A DNA stretch of 29,016 nucleotides, from assembly GCA_002269645.1 (NCBI GenBank), contig NIVC01003034.1, positions 1-29,016 of the forward strand, in the 5' to 3' direction. Shown piece by piece: positions 1-29,016 of the stretch; the stretch's first letter is position 1, and every line of letters starts with the position of its first letter. The translations under genes and the position numbers were made by a program. Source of the stretch: Macrostomum lignano. Its lineage: Eukaryota. The notes beneath the pieces are model-generated. The model saw only the letters and a program-made list of their open reading frames with translations. It was not told where the DNA came from and searched no databases.

Positions 1-1691
1 TTTAGACAAACGGCTTAAATTAGTTGGACTACTTAGTTAGACTGTTAGCCCAAATGCACTTGATTAGATTCTGCTAACGTAAAAACAAGTGACTTACTTA
101 ACATTCTAGTGGTCCTTGTGTAAAATTGCTAAGCATGCACTTTTCAACCATTGTAAGTTGCGATATACTGTACATGTACATATAATACATCGAGAAACAC
201 TACAAGGGCATACATGTATACGTTCCTTGCAGGCAATGTTTTTTCGCATTTATTGCATCAGAAATGCAATAAACCCGTCTCTCATGCAACTGGAGTTGCA
301 TCAGAAATGCAATAAACCCGTATGATGCAACTGGAGTTGCATCAGAAATTGTCTATGCATAGGTACTGTATGCGCACACAAAAGCTTCCTATTGAACAAA
401 AGTCTCATTTCAGCGATAGAAATAGGCGGGCCCCTTTTTCGTTATGCTTATCGCGTGGGATGTTAGCGTCGCATACCAATACCCTCCAAGTTGTATCTGC
501 ACATGTAAGTATAACACTGCTTATATTAATTGTAACCGTAATGCATAATGCTAAAAACATTGAGTGCTCGAGCTGTCTGATCCCGTCTGATCCCGTCAGA
601 GACTTCGCGTCCTGCATAAAAGTAGATTGAGCGACCGCATTGAGAGGTCAGTACACGAGCCTGAATTCGGCAGAGAATCCCAAGAGTTCCTTCTCCGTGT
701 TCCAAATTATACATGGATGCATTCAGGTAATTAAAACTATTTTAGAAATGCATGCTTTTCTTTCTACATGTATTCAAATAGACTGCAAAACATGCAGACA
801 CATGTACCATGTGCATTGTACACTTACATGTAGTTTAGATGAACAATTTAGCATGAAATTGTGTATAAAACTCAAGTGAAAGGTATTTCGAATGAATTTC
901 TTTTAATCTACAGATGTAAACATGATTTTACTATTTCCATCTGCGCTGCCATGTGTCGACGCAGTTGCGTTGCGTGTCAGGAAGTTTCACACGTGAACGA
1001 ACAGGCAGAGGCGCGAGCTATCTGAAAGCAAATATGCATTACATCTGCATGCAACTAAATGTACAGCAATAATTGAACTGAACCTGCCATACACACACAC
1101 CGAAAAAAAGCAAATCATTGAAAAGCTCAAACGTTTAGTTTTCATATGCATGCATGCAGTAAGTTATATGCTTACACGTATGTATATTTGAGCAGAGACT
1201 GCCGTATTGACTTGCAAAGCAAGAAGCTCGAATCCGGGTGGGGTTGCAGTTAGGGTTAAAGTTATTTAAGGAATAACATCTAAGTGTAATTAGTACTGCG
1301 CCAGGCTTACACGCATCAGTCAGTAGCTCGAATGAAAGTTTCATGTATTCGAAATACAGGACTAGTAAGACAAAATAATGTTAGATTGATCGCTTCGGCC
1401 ACTACGGAAGCCACCTGCAGCCGGTCTGTTAGACTAGACCAAGTTATTAATAAGTACCTCAATGCACTAGACTAAAAGCAACACTGAAGCAAATGGAAAG
1501 CTTTAAAAATGATTTGTTTAGAAAAAGCTAACAACATAACAGATGGAAATAGGGAGATCAAATCGAATAATCGTATTGAGGCACTCGCTACTCTAGAGAA
1601 CCATGGCAGTGGCAGAAGAAAGTGCTGATTCAGTACGGCAAACTGTGATGCTTTTGAGAGAAGGGTGCAGTAGGTGTAGGGAGTGAACATT

Positions 1692-2316
1692 AGGGGTAGG
1701 GGTTCAGTTGATCGGGAGTGTACAGTGGGGGTAAGGGGTTCAGTTGATCGGGAGTGTACAGTGGGGTAGGGGTTCAGTTGATCGGCGTGTACAGTGGGGG
1801 TAGGGGTTCAGTTCAGTTGATCGGGCGTGTACAGTGGGGTAGGGGTTCAGTTGATCGGGAGTGTACAGTGGGGTAAGGGGTTCAGTTGATCGGGAGTGTA
1901 CAGTGGGGGTAGGGGTTCAGTTGATCGGGCGTGTACAGTGGGGGTAGGGGTTCAGTTGATCGGGCGTGTACAGTGGGGGTAGGGGTTCAGTTCAGTTGAT
2001 CGGGCGTGTACAGTGGGGGTAGGGGTTCAGTTGATCGGGAGTGTACAGTGGGGGTAGGGGTTCAGTTGATCGGGAGTGTACAGTGGGGGTAGGGGTTCAG
2101 TTGATCGGGCGTGTACAGTGGGGGTAGGGGTTCAGTTGATCGGGAGTGTACAGTGGGGGTAGGGGTTCAGTTGATCGGGAGTGTACAGTGGGGGTAGGGG
2201 TTCAGTTGATCGGGCGTGTACAGTGGGGGTAGGGGTTCAGTTGATCGGGAGTGTACAGTGGGGGTAGGGGTTCAGTTGATCGGGAGTGTACAGTGGGGGT
2301 AGGGGTTCATTTGATC
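1692..2316. repeat. G-rich 35-bp minisatellite (gtgtacagtgggggtaggggttcagttgatcggga), about 17-18 copies
   Basis: Directly visible tandem array with a/c variants and occasional extra ttcag. Confidence 0.95.
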
Positions 2317-2348
2317 ACTGAGGGCAGCTACATGTTTACAAACGCAAG

Positions 2349-2588
2349 AATGCCCTATCTCAGTCACTGAAATCAAGTACTGTTTCTGACAAAGCCACTA
2401 AGCTCAAAGTGATTTGGCGGATAACTCTCATCTGTGACAGCAAATTAGCAATCAAGCAGCTAAATTGTTTAGCCTGGCTGCAAAAAAATTCAAGGCAAAA
2501 AAGCTCAGAGATCAAAGCACCGACATACAAAGCACTGATCCGATCGAAGAAAGTACATGACAGCAAGTCAGACAGATGGTGTGAATAA
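2349..2588 (+). mobile_element. Possible decayed LINE (CR1/L2-like) ORF2 C-terminal fragment
   Basis: Stop-free frame without ATG reading ...ITLICDSKLAIKQLNCLAWLQKNSRQKSSEIKAPTYKALIRS. This resembles, from memory, the post-RT motif (L..LRRN...IK...YKALVRP) of CR1/L2 elements. No search was run. Confidence 0.3.
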
Positions 2589-2966
2589 TGTGATGGCGCG
2601 GATTCTGCACAATAAATAATTGAATAAGCTCATCAGGTAAAAGAAAAAATAGCACTAAGGCAAAACTCCATCCAAACAATATCCGATATACTAAAAATTT
2701 TCGTCACTAGGCTGACAAAAATTGGCGCACAAAAGCTCTGCTTACTACTTAGTGCACAGTAGAAGTTGGGCATAAAGTTGAAATTTTACAGAAAGTTTTG
2801 TACAAAAATATGCATCGAATCAGCCAGCTTGCGTGCTCTTGGGCCAATGTGCTTTAGCGGTCATCATCTTCGGCCTGCGATTGTCGAACTCCGTTGGCCG
2901 CGAATAGAGCGTTTCTTGTGGAATTTTGTTGTAGCTCTGCTGATAAGGATAACCGAATCCCGGCCA

Positions 2967-3275
2967 AAAACAAAGACTACAGGCAACAGACCCGATCCCA
3001 GCTGCCAGCAAATCCTCCAGATGAAAACAAAGACTACAGCCAACAGACCCGATCCCAGCTGCCAGCAAATCCTCCAGATGAAAACAAAGACTACAGCCAA
3101 CAGACCCGATCCCAGCTGCCAGCAAATCCTCCAGATGAAAACAAAGACTACAGCCAACAGACCCGATCCCAGCTGCCACCAAATCCTCCAGATGAAAACA
3201 AAGACTACAGCCCACAGACCCGATCCCAGCTGCCAGCAAATCCTCCAGATGAAAACAAAGACTACAGCCAACAGA
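2967..3275. repeat. 57-bp tandem repeat, about 5.4 copies, just downstream of the stop codon (probable 3'UTR)
   Basis: Unit aaaacaaagactacagccaacagacccgatcccagctgccagcaaatcctccagatg, near-identical copies. Confidence 0.95.
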
Positions 3276-3295
3276 TCGCAGTCAAAACACAGAGT

Positions 3296-24116
<20,821 letters not shown>

Positions 24117-24155
24117 GTCGGAATCGGCGAGCAGATGGGGACGGCGGGGCCCCAG

Positions 24156-24185
24156 TTAGAGCATGGGGGAGCTGGACAGGAAAAA
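24156..24185 (-). promoter_or_regulatory. 3' splice acceptor upstream of the start codon (5'UTR intron or trans-splice site) plus a minimal uORF Met-Leu-stop
   Basis: Sense strand reads agctttttcctgtccag| ending at 24172, 55 nt before the ATG; ATG CTC TAA at 24164-24156. Confidence 0.4.
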
Positions 24186-24931
24186 GCTATTGGAGCGCTG
24201 TGAGGAAGCGGGGTGCTCTGCAAGGCATTTCCAGTTATATGCAGAGTGCGCTGACAGAGTATGTGCAAATATCTCTATATATAAGTAATAAGGACTGCCA
24301 ACCCAGCCAGGCCAGCCAACCAGCGCCAACCCTTCAGTCTGCACCCCCCCCTGCCCGGAGTCCCCAAAGCAGTGCCAGTAGCAATGGACACCCGCTCTCG
24401 CGAAAATGAAACGCGGAAAAGAAAAGCCCCACAGAATTGAACCGCCTTCTTTCTAGTCGTAAATCAAAATCAGGAGCGAGGGGGGGGGCACAGAGGGGGA
24501 GTCAGATAGCGGGAGACAGGGGGCGGTGCAGAGCGTGAGAGAGGCAGTAAGTATTATGCTGGAGCCAATGCAGTGCTGAAGTTTGCCAGCCTTTTTTAAC
24601 TGACTGCTTTTGTTGAAGACCGCAGTAAAAACTGGCAGCTAATAAGCATTCCAGGTGACCAGGGCTGAGCAGTGAGATAGCGGCAACTTCTGAGAGCACT
24701 GCCGAATTTGAGTAGGCAGCTTCTCTCTCCGCCAGGTATTTTATAAACTCAAATGTTAGCAGGTGAGAAATACAATTGAAATTTCTCAACCTCAGTTCGA
24801 TAGTTGGCACACGTGCTGACAGGTGCGCTGATTTGGCAGTAAAGTTTATTGTTTAAGCAATGATTTTATTTTTATTTGAAAGGAAAATTCTCCAAATATT
24901 CATCTAGGTTACAACACTGAGGCACAGAGGC

Positions 24932-25811
24932 TCAGACTGGCCTTTGACCTAGTCTCAGACTGGCCTATGATCTAGTCTCAGACTGGCCTTTGACCTAGTC
25001 TCAGACTGGCCTATGACCTAGTCTCAGACTGGCCTATGACCTAGTCTCAGACTGGCCTATGACCTAGTCTCAGACTGGCCTATGACCTAGTCTCAGACTG
25101 GCCTATGACCTAGTCTCAGACTGGCCTTTGACCTAGTCTCAGACTGGCCTATGACCTAGTCTCAGACTGGCCTATGACCTAGTCTCAGACTGGCCTATGA
25201 CCTAGTCTCAGACTGGCCTTTGACCTAGTCTCAGACTGGCCTTTGACCTAGTCTCAGACTGGCCTATGACCTAGTCTCAGACTGGCCTATGACCTAGTCT
25301 CAGACTGGCCTATGACCTAGTCTCAGACTGGCCTATGACCTAGTCTCAGACTGGCCTTTGACCTAGTCTCAGACTGGCCTATGACCTAGTCTCAGACTGG
25401 CCTATGACCTAGTCTCAGACTGGCCTTTGACCTAGTCTCAGACTGGCCTATGACCTAGTCTCAGACTGGCCTAGTCTCAAACTGGCCTATGACCTAGTCT
25501 CAAACTGGCCTATGACCTAGTCTCAGACTGGCCTATGACCTAGTCTCAGACTGGCCTAGTCTCAAACTGGCCTATGACCTAGTCTCAAACTGGCCTATGA
25601 CCTAGTCTCAGACTGGCCTATGACCTAGTCTCAAACTGGCCTATGACCTAGTCTCAAACTGGCCTATGACCTAGTCTCAAACTGGCCTATGACCTAGTCT
25701 CAAACTGGCCTATGACCTAGTCTCAAACTGGCCTATGACCTAGTCTCAAACTGGCCTATGACCTAGTCTCAAACTGGCCTATGACCTAGTCTCAAACTGG
25801 CCTATGACCTA
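24932..25811. repeat. 23-bp minisatellite (gacctagtctca[g/a]actggcctat), about 38 copies, upstream of the gene
   Basis: Directly visible; two shortened units near 25470 and 25555. Confidence 0.96.
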
Positions 25812-26704
25812 GTCTCAAACTGGCCTATGATCCACCCTCGCTCAAACTCGCCGAAAAGTAATCAAAAAGTCCACCTCAAACTTGTCTAAGTCTTGGTGGT
25901 ATTCGCACGTCACTTCACGCTTGCCCTAGATACACTACATGCTCTCAGGTGCAAGAGTGAGAATAAAACCAATACCAAAAGCTTCTATTAATCTTAATTC
26001 GTGCTTTATCAAAGCGCAGCAATTGCAGAGCTATTTGCCTTCAGTTCAGATATCGAAATCGCCCGAGTGATACTACTGACCAAGGAAAAGTAGCACAGAC
26101 AGAAAGTCATCGCGTTTCTTCTATGGAGGAGCAAAGTACTCGTAAATATAAGGTCCAATGCTGATTAGTTTTCGGTTAAAAACAACAGCTAAGCTTCCAT
26201 AATGTCCAGTCTGCAACAGTTAAAAGTCCGAGCTGCCTCTCGGCCATCAGTCTCGAACTTCCCTTCTTGCCCAACAAACAGAACTTTCGCTGATGGCAGG
26301 AAAAAGCTGGTTTCTAATTCGAATACAGAAGAGAAAGCCCGAGTCCAGACAGCCTGGGGGTTCCAGCCAAAAACTGTGCAAAGCGTTGCGGCACTCCATC
26401 TCCCTCCGACAGACTTTGACGGCCCGGCACCAGCTGCATGCTGGCAATCAGCTTTGGCAGGCGGACAGACAGGCAGACAGCAGACACGGGCAGGCAGATA
26501 CCCCCCCCCCTCCCCGACAAGCGGCCAGGAGCTCGCGTTGCGCCAGGACTCTCGGAGAAGCTGCTTTCCAGCGTTGGACAGCCCAGCTGGAATTTGCCAG
26601 CTTTGGCACACCGGACCTTGGGAAAATTTTATACGCGACTTAACAGCAGCAGGAAGGGCAGGTAATCGCCATTCTGATTCTGGCTGGGGGATTTACGAGC
26701 TGGC

Positions 26705-28205
26705 GAGGGAGATGAATGAAAGATGTTAAAAGAGTGAGATGCGGGAAGATGAGAGAAGAGATAAAGGATGAGATGCGGGAAGATGAGAGAGGAGATAAAG
26801 AGTGAGATGCGGGAAGATGAGAGAGGAGATACAGAGTGAGATGCGGAAAGATTAGGGATGAGATATAGGTTGAAATGCGGGAAGATGAGAGAGGAGATAA
26901 AGGGTGAGATGCGGGAAGATGAGAGAGGAGATAAAGGGTGAAATGCGGGAAGATGAGAGAGGAGATAGAGGGTGAGATGCGGGATGAGAGAGGAGATAAA
27001 GGATGAGATGCGGGAAGATGAGAGAGGAGATAAAGGATGAGATGCGGGAAGATTAGGGATGAGATGAAGGGTGAGATGCGTGAAGATGAGAGATGAGATA
27101 AAGGGTGAGATGCGGGAAGATGAGAGGAGATAAATGGTGAGATGCGGGAATATGAGAGATGAGATAAAGGATGAGATGCGGGAAGATAAGAGAAGAGATA
27201 AAGGATGAGATGCGGGAAGATGAGAGAAGAGATAAAGGATGATATGCGAGAATATGAGAGAAGAGATAAAGGGTGAGATGCGGGGAGATGAGAGATGAGA
27301 TAGAGTGAGATACGAGAATATGAGAAAAGAGATAAAGGGTGAGATGTGGGGAGATGAGAGATGAGATAGAGTGAGATGCGAGAATATGAGAAAAGAGATA
27401 AAGGGTGAGATGCGGGGAGATGAGAGGAGATAAAGGATGAGATGCGGGAAGATGAGAGAGGAGATAAAGTATGAGATGCGGGAAGATGAGAAAGAGATAA
27501 AGGATGAAATGCTGGAAGATGAGAGAGGAGATAAAGGGTGAGATGCGGGAAGATGAGAGAGGAGATAAAGGGTGAGATGCGGGAAGATGAGAGATGAGAC
27601 AAAGGGTGACATGCGAGAAGATGAGGGATGAGATAAAGGGTGAGATGCGGTAAGATTAGGGATGAGATAAAGGGTGAGATGCGGGAAGATGAGAGAGGAG
27701 ATAAAGGGTGAGATGCGGGAAGATTAGGGATGAGATAAAGGGTGAGATGCGGGAAGATGAGAGATGAGACAAAGGGTGACATGCGGGAAGATAATATGAG
27801 AGGAGATAAAGGGTGAGATGCGGGAAGATGAGGGATGAGATAAAGGGTGAGATGCGGGAAGATGAGAGATGAGACAAAGGGTGACATGCGGGAAGATAAT
27901 ATGAGAGGAGATAAAGGGTGAGATGCGGGAAGATTAGGGATGAGATAAAGGGTGACATGCGGGAAGATGAGAGGAGATAAAGGGTGAGATGCGGGAAGAT
28001 GAGAGATGAGACAAAGTGTGACATGCGGGAAGATAATATGAGAGGAGATAAAGGGTGAGATGCAGGAAGATGAGAGGAGATAAAGGGTGAGATGCGGGAA
28101 GATGAGAGATGAGACAAAGTGTGACATGCGGGAAGATAATATGAGAGGAGATAAAGGGTGAGATGCAGGAAATGAGAGGAGATAAAGGTTGAGATGCGGG
28201 AAGAT
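26705..28205. repeat. Purine-rich ~34-bp minisatellite (gagatgcgggaagatgagagaggagataaagggt), about 44 copies with higher-order variants
   Basis: Directly visible; generates the S/L/I/P/H-rich shadow ORFs. Confidence 0.93.
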
Positions 28206-28880
28206 AAGATCGAGGGGCTAGATGGGTCGTCAAACTTAGCAGAAGCCCCTGAGGCGGCCATGGGAGTGCATCCAACAAAGTAAAGCTGCCAGAGCAGCCA
28301 AGCAAGTCGAGAAATGTGTGGCAGCTCCAGACAAATCCGAGTTGATGCCGCAGGCAAGATAAATCGAGCCCTCGAAGGTCGCATAGCCGACAGACAGAAG
28401 TAATCTAAAGTGAGCATAATTTGAGCAGCAGTTCTCAGCCCACAGCCTACAGCACTCATAGGCTGAAGGGGCGACAGTCGGCAAGGAATGATTTATGAGC
28501 AATCGACTCCGGACACCGGTTGACAGGCGCACAGACGTCAGGCGGACACCCGGGTCTATGCTGGATCCCACTGTCGCCGCATACGCAGGGTCGGTTGGAG
28601 ATCAGGCCACATAGATACTCGCAGGCCAGGCAGAAGCAAGGAAAGCAAATTAGGGTTAAACAAACTGTAAATGCATGCGCAGCCCTGATAGCACAGCGTG
28701 CTTGATCTCATTCTGACCGATGCCCGATGATCAATGGGCTCCCATGGGAGAGGGAGACAGAGAGCGGAAAGAGAAACTCCCTTGCCCCGGCTCACACAAG
28801 CAGAACCCGGGCCAAGGAGTGCGAAAGGACGTATTCGCTGCCTCGATACTGTGGCCTTTGAGCACTGAGGATCAGAAAGG

Positions 28881-29016
28881 GGTGAATCTGGGGCGGAGAG
28901 CAAATCTCATGGGTGAATCTGGGGCGGAGAGCAAATCTCATGGTGAATCTGGAGCGGAGAGCAAATCTCATGGGTGAATCTGGGGCGGAGAGCAAATCTC
29001 ATGGTGAATCTGGAGG
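28881..29016. repeat. 30-31-bp tandem repeat (ggtgaatctggggcggagagcaaatctcat) running off the window end
   Basis: About 4.5 copies visible. Confidence 0.9.

Noticed and set aside
105-1366. AT-rich insertion bounded by ctagt as a putative target-site duplication with weak terminal inverted repeats
   Set aside because: The ends match only loosely (gtccttgt versus acaggac) and cannot be supported without other copies.
2625-2640. CTGATGA on the minus strand as a hammerhead ribozyme core
   Set aside because: No stem II followed by GAAA, and no flanking stems could be formed.

Overview
Eukaryotic (animal) genomic DNA. The core is one 14-exon gene on the minus strand (ATG 24116 to stop 3296) encoding a PTK7/CCK4/off-track-like receptor pseudokinase: signal peptide, seven Ig-like domains, one transmembrane helix, a long juxtamembrane region and a degenerate tyrosine-kinase domain. 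I assembled the exons by hand from GT/AG sites and reading-frame phases. The model gives about 1312 aa but needs two 1-nt corrections (end of exon 8 and inside exon 9), most simply long-read homopolymer errors. Almost every intron over 200 nt holds its own tandem repeat, including a 6.4-kb array of a 27-bp unit in intron 10. That array generates the spurious 1300-2300 aa ORFs in the track. The flanks hold more minisatellites, purine-rich tracts and possibly a decayed LINE fragment. GC-rich exons with minisatellite-filled introns resemble the flatworm Macrostomum, but that is inference, not a database match. The most interesting unexplained signal is that several repeat units are built from splice-signal-like motifs, and the 27-bp array offers many in-frame alternative acceptors in front of the transmembrane exon.
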